This document shows positions 1 to 9,052 of a stretch of DNA of 64,000 nt, in pieces. Source of the DNA: an uncultured Chloroflexia bacterium (GTDB lineage: Bacteria > Chloroflexota > Chloroflexia > QHBQ01 > JADMIH01). The notes beneath the pieces are model-generated. The model did not search any database. It saw only the letters and a program-made list of their open reading frames with translations, and was not told where the DNA came from. The stretch is taken from NCBI GenBank assembly GCA_963797095.1, contig CAWCNY010000005.1:512001-576000 (forward strand), given 5' to 3'. A program made the translations under genes and the position numbers. Position 1 is the stretch's first letter. Every line of letters starts with the position of its first letter.

Positions 1-90
1 TCTTACGTCCCTACGGGGCTACTTGCTTGGGCGGTTGTGCGATCCACAGGGCGTAAGCCCTGGGCTACTCTCTTACGGCCCTACGGGACT
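1..90. repeat. REP-like palindromic repeat cluster (TCTTACGnCCCTACGGGnCT x2 with a central CAGGGC..GCCCTG hairpin), possibly truncated at the window edge
   Basis: tcttacgtccctacggggct at 1-20 and tcttacggccctacgggact at 71-90; the same units recur at 27510-27583. Confidence 0.7.
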
Positions 91-542
91 ACTCGCGTGG
101 ATGGCAATCCATCTGGGCACCCCCTGGTGGTTGCGCCCCACAACCTGTATCTTTATGTGACAACATTGCCCCTACTCTTCTTCTCACCCCAAACCTGAAT
201 GTTTGCGCGACAACCGCAAGCCAAAAGCAAAGCCAGCGTCTACTGCGCCGCGTACCGAACCACCTTATGATCCTTTTTCGCGGTCACGCATGGGGGCGCA
301 GATGTGCTCGACGACGCCTCCCAATCCCAGGTGATAGCACTCCACATCCAGCACACCCAGCGCTAATCCTCCACACCCCAAAGCACCAGCGGGCAGGGCG
401 TGAATCGTCGGTCGCACCATGACAGATCATAGCGAGGGCAAGCCGCACCAGCCCGCCCAAAGAGTGACCTAAAACTAGAGCGTAGGTAACTTAACTTGGT
501 TCGCCCATTAGGTTCAGGAGGACGCAACCTAATCGTAGGGCA

Positions 543-590
543 CCACTCGCTACTCGCTACTCGTCATCTGTCACTCATCACTCGTCACTC
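543..590. repeat. Degenerate heptamer tandem repeat (ctactcg/tcactcg)
   Basis: ccactcgctactcgctactcgtcatctgtcactcatcactcgtcactc at the 3' end of the 589..996 gene. Confidence 0.6.
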
Positions 591-996
591 AAACCGCCAT
601 ACTCTCAAACACCCCAGGCTCGACTTTCACGTACTTCCCATCCTCTCGCACAGCCACGCAAGGCGTCCACTCCCACACAGCCGGACTCCGTGCCGTCATC
701 CACGGCTTCTGCTCTTCCTCCTCTGCCGACAGCACCCTGCACGTCACCGCAAGCGGAGCCAGGTAGTTAATGTCGTTCGGCTCAGCCTGTCTGAACCCCT
801 CATTGAACGCGTTATATATCTCGCGCATCACCCCCATAACCTTATCGTCCAAATCCCCCTGAGCCAGCGATCCCCAAGCATCCGGCACCCGAAAGTAATA
901 GGTGCTATGCCGCTCCCCGGCAGACAAATGCACCTCAAGCTCATTGTTCCACGCCATCAAAGTATCGGTTAGCCCAACCTCAACGCTCTTGCTCAT
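589..996 (-). CDS. Hypothetical protein (~135 aa)
   Basis: ATG at 996 (MSKSVEV) preceded by AAGGGGGGA; the upstream ORF extension is repeat-derived; lies directly downstream of the M20 gene on the same strand. Confidence 0.65.
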   Translation of the reverse strand: MSKSVEVGLTDTLMAWNNELEVHLSAGERHSTYYFRVPDAWGSLAQGDLDDKVMGVMREIYNAFNEGFRQAEPNDINYLAPLAVTCRVLSAEEEEQKPWMTARSPAVWEWTPCVAVREDGKYVKVEPGVFESMAV

Positions 997-1053
997 ATTC
1001 CCCCCTTGAACTAAGCAATACACAATACACAAGACACAATACGCACTCCCCAC

Positions 1054-2376
1054 TCACCCATACCGCTCTATCAGCTTATACACACACTCAACCCCGAACT
1101 CCAGCGCGTCCACAGGCACCCGCTCGTCCGAGTCGTGCACCGTCCTCACCAGCAAATCGTCGTCCGGCATCTTCAAAGGCGTAAACCCGTAGTTCTGTAT
1201 CCCCAATCTAGCGAAGTGCCGCCCGTCCGTCACCCCTGGCAGTAAATATGGCACAGGCTCCCCCTCCGGGTCGGCCTCGCGCATGATCCCGGCCAGCGTT
1301 TCATACATGCTCATGTCCGCCTCCGCCGGATAATAATCGTATCGCACCACCTCAAACTCCACATAATCCCCCACCATCTCCCGCAACTCGGCAAGCGCAT
1401 CGTCAGGCGTAAACCCCGGCAGCAGTCTCCCGTCCAGCATCACCGTAATCTCGCTGGGGATAACGTTTACCGCGTGCCCGCCCTGCACAATAGTAGGGCT
1501 AACCGTGTTGTGCAATATCGGGGCAATAAGCATCCCCATTGGCCCCAGGGCATCCAGCGCGCTATCTGAAGTCGCCGGATCAAGCAGCTTCTCGAACGCA
1601 CCCGACATCGAAGCGGGCAGATTCCCCCCGAACCCACGCAGCATCTTCTCGACCACAGGCGTAATATGTACGGGCAGCATCTTCTGGTCCAGCGTGGTCA
1701 GAAACCTCCCCAGCTTCGCCATCGCCCCGCCGCGCCTTGGCATCGATCCATGCCCTCCCGACCCCCGCACGGTCGCCCTGATCCTGCAAATCTGCTTCTC
1801 CCCCACCTGGATCGGGTAGAACTTCCGCCCCGCGATATACATAGTCTCTCCGCCCGACTCCCCTATCGAATACTTCACCCCCGCGAACAACTCAGGGTGC
1901 TCCTCGGCCAGCCACTTCGCCCCGAAATCCCCGCCCTGCTCCTCATCGCTCACCACCGCCAGCAAAATATCCCCGGCAGGCACAAACCCCTCCGCCTTCG
2001 CCCGCAACACCGCGCAAATCATATTAGCCACAGCACCCTTCATATCGAGCGCCCCCCGACCCCACAAATACCCGTCAACGATCTCCCCTCCGAACGGGTC
2101 GTGCTGCCACGCTTGGTTGGCCGTAGTCACCACATCCACATGCCCATGCATCAACAGCGGCGGAGCCTCCCCCCGCCCCTTCAACCGCGCAATAAGATTC
2201 GGCCTCTCAGGCACCCTCCCCTTCACAACAGTCTCGATCCCCACCTCCCGAAACAACCCCTCCACATAAGCCACACATTCAGCCTCGTTCCCAGGCGGAT
2301 TGGTAGTATCGAACCGCAACAGATTCTGCAACAACTCAACAGGCCGCCTATAAATATCATTCACTACATCGCTCAT
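1054..2376 (-). CDS. M20/M25/M40 family metallo-hydrolase (ArgE/DapE-like peptidase or deacylase)
   Basis: Motifs HGHVDVV, WGRGALDMKG, SDEE, GES and C-terminal HDSDERV. Confidence 0.92.
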   Translation of the reverse strand: MSDVVNDIYRRPVELLQNLLRFDTTNPPGNEAECVAYVEGLFREVGIETVVKGRVPERPNLIARLKGRGEAPPLLMHGHVDVVTTANQAWQHDPFGGEIVDGYLWGRGALDMKGAVANMICAVLRAKAEGFVPAGDILLAVVSDEEQGGDFGAKWLAEEHPELFAGVKYSIGESGGETMYIAGRKFYPIQVGEKQICRIRATVRGSGGHGSMPRRGGAMAKLGRFLTTLDQKMLPVHITPVVEKMLRGFGGNLPASMSGAFEKLLDPATSDSALDALGPMGMLIAPILHNTVSPTIVQGGHAVNVIPSEITVMLDGRLLPGFTPDDALAELREMVGDYVEFEVVRYDYYPAEADMSMYETLAGIMREADPEGEPVPYLLPGVTDGRHFARLGIQNYGFTPLKMPDDDLLVRTVHDSDERVPVDALEFGVECVYKLIERYG

Positions 2377-2521
2377 CGAAATCTCCTATCTAAAAAATAC
2401 CGGACAGCCGCGTCTCCAATCGAAAAACGCCCGCAACACAAGCAGTGTATAATAGCATATCCAAATACATCCCACCCCACCAAAAGCCAACCACCGACTA
2501 CCGACTACCGACTACCAACAA

Positions 2522-3490
2522 ATGCACTCCCTCACCCTGGGCTGCGGAGTCTCCGGCCTCTCCACAGCCATCCGCTTCCTCGAATCCAACCCGGCTAACA
2601 CCGCCGAGATATGGGCGCGCGACCTCCCGCCCGACACCACCTCCAACATCGCCGCCGCCATCTGGTACCCCTATCTCGCCCTCCCCTATGACCGCGTGCT
2701 CGCCTGGGGCAAGCGCACCCTCGACCTCTTCTACGACCTCGCCGCCGACCCTTCCACAGGCATCACCGTCCAGGAAGCCGTCGAATATTTCCGCCAGTCC
2801 ACCGCCCCCGACCCCTGGTGGCGCTCCTCCGTCCGCCAGTTCCGCTACCTCCAACCCGACGAAATCCCCATCGCCTTCGCCAGCGGCTACCGCTTCGAGA
2901 CCGTCGTCATCGAAACCTCCATCTACCTCCCCTACCTGATCAACCGCTTCCAGTCCCTCGGCGGCACCGTCCACCCACGCGAGATAACCTCCCTGGACCA
3001 GGCCACCTCCCACTCCCCCATAGTATTCAACTGCACCGGCCTCGGCTCCCGCACCCTCCTAAACGACCGCCAAATGTTCCCCGTGCGCGGCCAGATAGTC
3101 CGCACCACCAAGCCCTCTTCCCCCATCGCCTACCTCGATGACAAAGAAGACAACATGGGCGTCTTCGCCTACATCGTCCCCCGCTCCGACGACTGCATCC
3201 TCGGCGGCACCGCCCAAATCCTCGAACGCCTCAATAGCCATTCCCTCGACCCTCAACCCAAAATAGCCGACCGCATCCTCAAACGCTGCGAATTCATGAG
3301 CCACGAGGTCCCCCACCTCAAAGTGCTCGAACACAAAGTCGGCCTCCGCCCAGGCCGCTCAACCGTCCGCCTCGAAGCCGAGCATACCCCCTCAGGCTCC
3401 CTGGTAGTCCACAACTACGGCCACAGCGGCGCGGGCGTCACCCTCTCCTGGGGCTGCGCCGAAGAAGCGGTCTCCCTCACCCAATCCTAA
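2522..3490 (+). CDS. FAD-dependent D-amino-acid oxidase family protein
   Basis: N-terminal GCGVSG dinucleotide motif, TTSNIAAAIW, PVRGQ, VGLRPGR, HNYGHSGAGVTLSWGCA. Confidence 0.9.
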   Translation: MHSLTLGCGVSGLSTAIRFLESNPANTAEIWARDLPPDTTSNIAAAIWYPYLALPYDRVLAWGKRTLDLFYDLAADPSTGITVQEAVEYFRQSTAPDPWWRSSVRQFRYLQPDEIPIAFASGYRFETVVIETSIYLPYLINRFQSLGGTVHPREITSLDQATSHSPIVFNCTGLGSRTLLNDRQMFPVRGQIVRTTKPSSPIAYLDDKEDNMGVFAYIVPRSDDCILGGTAQILERLNSHSLDPQPKIADRILKRCEFMSHEVPHLKVLEHKVGLRPGRSTVRLEAEHTPSGSLVVHNYGHSGAGVTLSWGCAEEAVSLTQS

Positions 3491-5004
3491 CCAAATACCC
3501 TCCGGTACAACTCCACCTGCCGCTCCATCCCCCTCCTGTACCTCTCATGCCGCCCCATATCCGGCTCGAACACCTCCCCAAACTCCGCCTCCACATCCTC
3601 CCACCCCCCAATCAAACCCAATTCCCGCAACACCAGCATAGCCGTTCCACGCGAGCTAGCCTGCGCCTCCCCCGAAGCCGTCACCCCCACCCCCAGCACA
3701 TCCGCCAGCACCTGCACCCACCCCTCCACCCCCAGCAGTGCCCCGCCGCTAGCCACGATCCTCCTCACAGGCGGCAATACCTCCCGCAACAACTCAAACA
3801 CCAACCCGAACCGGTAAGCCATAGCCTCCTGGCAAGCCCGAACGACCTCAGCCCTGCTGCTAGCCAGCGACACCCCCGCGATCACCGCCCGCGCCTCCCC
3901 CCGCCACCCAGGGCTCCTCTCCCCCGCCACAAATGGCAGCACCGTCAGCCCGTGCCCATCAGGCCCCATCCGCGCCACTTCCCTCTCCAACTCAACCCTC
4001 TCCCTTTCCCCCACTCCCCACGTCCCATACAGCCAATCAAACAGATTCCCACCCTCCGAAAGCGCCCCACCCACCAGCGCCGTCTCTCGGTCCATCCTGT
4101 AGCACCACAATCCCTGCGGTATCTCCCCCACCTCCCCCCTCACCAGCGCCCGCATCGCCCCACTCGTCCCCACCTGCACCGCTACCTCCTCCGGCCCAAT
4201 GCACCCGCTCCCCAGGTTACTCGTCACCCCATCCCCCGCACAAGGGAACCACGGCCCATCCTTCAGCGCGGGCCACCGCTCCCCAAACTCCCCCCTCAAC
4301 CCTCTCATCGCCTCCCCCACGTCCACCAGCAACGGCAATCTCCCACAATCCAACCCGACCACCCCCAACATCCCCCCGTCCCAATCCAAAGTATGCCTGT
4401 TCAGCAGCCCACCCCACGACGCTACCGACAAACTCTGCCGCGCCTCCCTAAACAACCTCATATAAACAAGATCCCCCACCGACACCCACTTATAAACCCT
4501 CCCAAACACCTCCGGCATAGTCCGCTTCAGCCACAACAACCGCGCAGGCAAATAAGAGGTATGTACAGGACACCCCGTCCGCTCCCGCACCTCCTCCTCA
4601 TCCAGCTTCCCTCTCAGCTCGGTTGCCTCAGCCGAAGCCCGCGTATCCGCCCACGTATAAACAGGCGTCACCACCCCACCATCCCTATCCACCCCCACTA
4701 CATTCGACACCAACGAGCACATTCCCACCCCCGCTATCCGCCCGCCTACCTCCACCCCAGCCTTCCCCAAAGTCCCATCCACCGCAGAAAGAATAGTCTC
4801 AAGCAACTCCTCTCCACCTATCTCCACCCCGCCATCCCCCGTAGTCCGCACCTCGTAAGTGATCTGCGTCTCAAACTCCCCCAACCGCCGGGCACCCCCA
4901 TCAAACAGGTTAGCCCGCACCGACGACGACCCCACATCAATCGCCAGCACCACCAAACCCTCCCCAGAACCCGCACCCCTACCTACCATCAAACCAACCT
5001 CCAA
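3487..5004 (-). CDS. gntK: FGGY-family carbohydrate kinase, probable gluconokinase
   Basis: LAIDVGSSSVRA, YTWADTR, RTGCPVH, VGTSGAMR, GLWCYR, GGALSEGG, LPFVAGERSPGW (Bacillus GntK-like); start could be the ATG at 4989. Confidence 0.8.
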   Translation of the reverse strand: MEVGLMVGRGAGSGEGLVVLAIDVGSSSVRANLFDGGARRLGEFETQITYEVRTTGDGGVEIGGEELLETILSAVDGTLGKAGVEVGGRIAGVGMCSLVSNVVGVDRDGGVVTPVYTWADTRASAEATELRGKLDEEEVRERTGCPVHTSYLPARLLWLKRTMPEVFGRVYKWVSVGDLVYMRLFREARQSLSVASWGGLLNRHTLDWDGGMLGVVGLDCGRLPLLVDVGEAMRGLRGEFGERWPALKDGPWFPCAGDGVTSNLGSGCIGPEEVAVQVGTSGAMRALVRGEVGEIPQGLWCYRMDRETALVGGALSEGGNLFDWLYGTWGVGERERVELEREVARMGPDGHGLTVLPFVAGERSPGWRGEARAVIAGVSLASSRAEVVRACQEAMAYRFGLVFELLREVLPPVRRIVASGGALLGVEGWVQVLADVLGVGVTASGEAQASSRGTAMLVLRELGLIGGWEDVEAEFGEVFEPDMGRHERYRRGMERQVELYRRVFG

Positions 5005-5118
5005 TCTATAACCACAATAATCTCCGCGCCCCCTGGGCCTCCGCGGTAACTAACAACTAACAAAATACCTTCGTGCCCTCCGTCCTACTTCGCCTCTTCG
5101 TGTACAAAACCAAAAGAA

Positions 5119-5166
5119 CCTCTGTGCCTCTGTGCCTCTGTGCCTCTGTGCCTCTGTGCCTCTGTG
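5119..5166. repeat. Octamer tandem repeat (cctctgtg)x6
   Basis: Six perfect copies; preceded by a cttcgtgccc...cttcgtgtacaaaa element (~5068-5110) that recurs at ~8724-8767. Confidence 0.9.
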
Positions 5167-5210
5167 GTTCAAATCCACCAGCGCATAGAGTGCGACCACC
5201 CAACCCCGCT

Positions 5211-6257
5211 CTAATCCTCGATCTCAGGATTAGCCCTCATGATATCTTCCGCTATCTCCCAGATCCTGGGAAGAAACGCCTGCACCTCTTCACTACGCTG
5301 CGCAAGGTCGGCGAGCGATGTAATGCCAAGATCACTCAGGAGTTGCCGGTAGCCTGGACTGAACCTATCTTGCACCTCGGCGGGCGCATCCTGGTACAAC
5401 ACCTTCTGGCACCTGGAATAAGTCACAGCCATCCAGAATATAGCCTCCCTATGAAACCCGCGCTCGATAAGCTCGCGGCTTCCGTCTATTGCAACAGAGC
5501 GGCCAATATCGCTGATATCCGCGGCGAAAACGAGCGGCGTCCTTATCACCCTTTTTGCAGCATCGAATACCTCGGTAAGCGCCTCAAGGTGGTACGCGAC
5601 ACGTTCCGGACCCATCCGGGCGCACCCAAGCAACTCCAGGAGCGTATTATATAAGCCCAGGTGTCCATAATCCTCCAGCAGTTCTCGCACCGCGACGTAT
5701 CGTTTCCGAACAGTTGGATTCCTCAAGCCGGCCACGAGCAGCATATGCGTTGTCACCCCGGTTCCAAACAGCCATGAGGTAACCTGATCGTGGAAAAGCT
5801 CCCATTCGTTCAAGCTCCGTAGATGCCCCAGCACCTTGGCCTTGGCATGTTCGCAACGCTTATGGACCCATTTGCGCTTTGCATACTCCTCGGCGACCAC
5901 CGCCTGTAGCTCGGCAAGGTGTCCTGTCGGGTCCAACATGATACTCGCTCCCCGAAAGCTCCCCGCCAGGTGCGATACCCCCAGCACCTGCTCAGGCGAC
6001 CGTATCGCATCACTCCCTATGTAGCTGACTTCAAGCAAAACATCCCTGAAGATCAGCTTCCCCCTTCTGCCAGGTCCGCTCCCACTACCCTCTTGTAAGA
6101 CGATCATGACATCGACATCAGAAGTAGCAGGCATTACGGCATCATCAGCAAGCCAGTTTATCGAACCGTGGTAGAAAGCACCCTGAAAGCCCGTCACATT
6201 CGCGACCTCTTCAATCACCCATTGCCGGGCCACGTCCTTAGCATATCTAACCAACAT
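5211..6257 (-). CDS. Putative Pol-beta-superfamily nucleotidyltransferase
   Basis: hG-S..DxD signature (AFYHGS...TSDVDVMIVL), a later candidate acidic residue (LLEVS), helical-looking C-terminal half; AGGTAG RBS. Confidence 0.6.
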   Translation of the reverse strand: MLVRYAKDVARQWVIEEVANVTGFQGAFYHGSINWLADDAVMPATSDVDVMIVLQEGSGSGPGRRGKLIFRDVLLEVSYIGSDAIRSPEQVLGVSHLAGSFRGASIMLDPTGHLAELQAVVAEEYAKRKWVHKRCEHAKAKVLGHLRSLNEWELFHDQVTSWLFGTGVTTHMLLVAGLRNPTVRKRYVAVRELLEDYGHLGLYNTLLELLGCARMGPERVAYHLEALTEVFDAAKRVIRTPLVFAADISDIGRSVAIDGSRELIERGFHREAIFWMAVTYSRCQKVLYQDAPAEVQDRFSPGYRQLLSDLGITSLADLAQRSEEVQAFLPRIWEIAEDIMRANPEIED

Positions 6258-6482
6258 AGTTACTCTACCTACCTATCGTCCTTCTCCCACCAACTCCTCC
6301 TAGCCACTTGCCACCCTCCCGAAAACACATTGTTCGGTATCAAGAAGATATCGTTAGCAAGCGCCAGCATAGCCTCCCCACCGTAAGCAACCCATATACC
6401 CGTATCGCCTCAGTAGTCCCGCGCAAACCCATCTATCTTGCCCTCACCAACCCCACACCACGCGCTCTCATCCACGCATCGC

Positions 6483-7103
6483 TCACCTCAACAGGAACTC
6501 CCACAGCGAAGCCACGAGAAACAGCGGCACCACCAGCAAATAGATCCTTCCTATGTCCCTGATCGCCTCCTTCGAGAACCCAAGCCACTTCTCCCCTTCA
6601 TACTCCGCCCTCGCCCGCCACGCCGACATACCAACGTTCACCCCCGCCCCTCCCGCCAGCGAATACGGGATCAACTGCAACACCAGTGTGCTCAAATAAT
6701 AAGCCGCCTCACCTGGGTCCGAAAGCCTGCTCGTGTGTGCCTCGTCCGTATTCACCGACACAACACCCCCAATCCAGCCCCTGAAAGCCACCAGCGGATA
6801 AGCAAACACAACCCCCAGCCCCGTCGCAGTGCTCGGCACAGCCCCCAGCAACAGATTCTCCCCAAAATCGAACAGCGCCGCCCTCAACCTATCGCCCTTC
6901 TGCAAAGCAATCGCCGATGCATCCGACGCCTCCGCCTGCGCTACCAGACTATCAGCATAGCTCAGCGCAAACTCGTTCCCGGTATGCACCAGCACCACCC
7001 CTACCGCCACCGACACCGCATACACAACAGCCACGCTCAAAATCGCCGACCGCGCCCTCCCTACCGCCCGCCACGCCAGGTAGAACATATTCCCCACCTT
7101 CAT
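6483..7103 (-). CDS. SpoIIM-like (DUF95) membrane protein
   Basis: Several TM segments, F.EN and GWIGG motifs, terminal VPLFLVASLWEF; ATG at 7103 with GGAGG upstream. Confidence 0.65.
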   Translation of the reverse strand: MKVGNMFYLAWRAVGRARSAILSVAVVYAVSVAVGVVLVHTGNEFALSYADSLVAQAEASDASAIALQKGDRLRAALFDFGENLLLGAVPSTATGLGVVFAYPLVAFRGWIGGVVSVNTDEAHTSRLSDPGEAAYYLSTLVLQLIPYSLAGGAGVNVGMSAWRARAEYEGEKWLGFSKEAIRDIGRIYLLVVPLFLVASLWEFLLR

Positions 7104-7140
7104 CTCGCCGCCCTCCACACCACCCACGCCAACCCTCCAC

Positions 7141-7941
7141 TCACAAACCAGGCATCCGATAAACAAACCCCGGCCCACCCTTATAAATTCCGCCGTCCAC
7201 GTTCACACACAGTCCTCCCGCGTACACCAGCGGCCCCGTGATATTCTCATATTTCTGCCCCGTCACCTTCCCGATCGGTGTATGCCCGTGCACAATCTGG
7301 TGCCCGCCGTATTGCGCCAGGAATTGCAGCGCGTTCTCTCGCCCGTCCGCATTCCAATCCGCGAACGCATCCCTCCCATTGAAACCCTCCAACATCCGGT
7401 CCCACTCCTCAGGATTGCGCCGCCGCAGCAGCGCCCTGAACGCCTTATTCACCTCCGGCGCGCTCATCCCGTACTCGTAATACAACATCGCGTCGGCATG
7501 AATAAACCGTCTCTCATCCACCAGCAACATCGCGGGTAGCGCGCATATCCAATCTATATGCCGCTTCTCCAATCTCTCCAGGTCTGCAACCTGCCCACCA
7601 TTGCTTAGCCAATCCGAATAAAAATCTCCGCTCCAGTTCGCGAACGAGTAATATTGCCTCCCGAAGAAAGAAGCCCCCAGGATACACATCTCATGGTTTC
7701 CAAACAGACAAAGCACTTCCCCACCGGCCTCGATACCCTCCCTCTCCAACCTCATGATCAACTCCACCACACTTATCCCATCTGGCCCCCTATCAAACAG
7801 GTCCCCGATAAACACCAGCGAAGAGTTATCTCCTGCCCATCGCAACTGCGGATTCAACAACCCCTCCTCGCGCAACAATTCAACCACCCTATCATAGTGC
7901 CCATGCACATCTCCCATAACAAACACCGGTGGCCTCATCAT
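7141..7941 (-). CDS. Metallophosphoesterase (calcineurin-like, Shewanella-like phosphatase type)
   Basis: GDVHG, GDLFDRG, GNHE, IVHGHT and NVDGG motifs; likely start MMRPP at 7941. Confidence 0.88.
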   Translation of the reverse strand: MMRPPVFVMGDVHGHYDRVVELLREEGLLNPQLRWAGDNSSLVFIGDLFDRGPDGISVVELIMRLEREGIEAGGEVLCLFGNHEMCILGASFFGRQYYSFANWSGDFYSDWLSNGGQVADLERLEKRHIDWICALPAMLLVDERRFIHADAMLYYEYGMSAPEVNKAFRALLRRRNPEEWDRMLEGFNGRDAFADWNADGRENALQFLAQYGGHQIVHGHTPIGKVTGQKYENITGPLVYAGGLCVNVDGGIYKGGPGFVYRMPGL

Positions 7942-8669
7942 ATCGTCCCTTTCCAACAACCCTGCTATGCTAAAACTCAAGCTACTATACGCCAAACCCC
8001 AGGTACGCTCAACCCGTATCCCACGCTCCACACAAATAACCATACCAATGGCTACTTGCAAACACAGAACAAGTGTGCTAAGATCCAATACAAGAAGTAC
8101 TTTCAACCTCCCTGCCGCGCAGCATGGAGGACATAGAGACAAGACTGGTGTCCCTGTGTTACTTGCGTTTTGCACCTTACCAGAGGCACAAACCAAGAGA
8201 ATGGTCAGCCAAGAGTCGATGGCTCTCTCAACACCATCCCACCGCTCCGGTCTCCCACCTCCGGCCCCTAACGGGACCAACACGGAGCAGTAATCCAGTG
8301 TGCATTCGTGTCACACCCTCTAAAGGCAAGAGGAACCCTGCGCCACAAGTACCAGTTGCGCCACAGGGACACCATCCCAAAAGCCAACCCAACCGTGCCC
8401 AACTAACGATGACCCACAAGCAAACGAACCAGGAAACGCCCTGCCATCCTGAGCGAAGGATCTCGCTCTAAAAGATCGCACTTTGGCAACCAACCAACCC
8501 ACAGAGTGCCCACACCAAGCAAGGTCCCCCCACAACGCAAAAGTCAAGATGAGTTTCCAGCAAGGCCATCCTTAGCGAAGCACAATAACCAACAACCAGA
8601 CAGAAAAGGAAGAGGGTGCATAAGGGCCCAAAACCCCTATGCACCCTCTTCCCCATACCCACCAATCGA

Positions 8670-8715
8670 CACTCCGCACTCCGCACTCCGCACTCCCCAC
8701 TCCCCACTCCCCACT
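8670..8715. repeat. Heptamer tandem repeat (cactccg)x3 then (cactccc)x3
   Basis: Read directly from the sequence. Confidence 0.85.
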
Positions 8716-8776
8716 ACAAAAACCTTCGTGCCCTTCGCCAACTCTTCGTCCCTTCGTGTACAAAAACCCCAACTAA

Positions 8777-8895
8777 GCAGTACGCAGTACGAAATACGCA
8801 GTACGAAATACGCAGTACGAAATACGCAGTACGAAATACGCAGTACGAAATACGCAGTACGAAATACGCAGTACGAAATACGCAGTACGAAATAC
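8777..8895. repeat. 14-bp tandem repeat (gcagtacgaaatac)x8, a dimer of two heptamer variants
   Basis: Eight perfect copies at 8784-8895 plus a leading gcagtac. Confidence 0.95.
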
Positions 8896-8953
8896 CAAAC
8901 CCCCCTTCGGACAAATGCACAAAACCACCCACCAAACTTCTACATCCCGCACA

Positions 8954-8982
8954 TAGACAAACGTTTTCCACAGTGATATACT
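8954..8982 (+). promoter_or_regulatory. Sigma70-type promoter of glnA
   Basis: TAGACA-N17-TATACT with extended -10 TG; followed by a 5'-UTR hairpin gtaggtgag/ctcgcctac (8990-9014). Confidence 0.65.
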
Positions 8983-9052
8983 GCCCACAGTAGGTGAGCA
9001 TAATACTCGCCTACATTATTTTTGTGGAAATGTCCGAAAGGAGATACCTACA

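Noticed and set aside
3547-5049. 500-aa Pro/His-rich plus-strand ORF
   Set aside because: Antisense shadow of the FGGY kinase; the C skew removes stop codons. The same applies to 1666-2598 and 6438-7241.
7942-8283. N-terminal extension of the metallophosphoesterase ORF
   Set aside because: The first catalytic motif GDVHG lies right after MMRPP at 7941; the upstream part looks non-coding.
8506-9001. ORFs with QYEIRSTKYAVRNT or YCVFRTAYFVLRIS repeats
   Set aside because: Translations of the 14-bp tandem array; no RBS or family motif.
8900-9052. GlnR/TnrA box or glnA riboswitch upstream of glnA
   Set aside because: No TGTNA-N7-TNACA match or glutamine-aptamer signature recognised; only a single short UTR hairpin.
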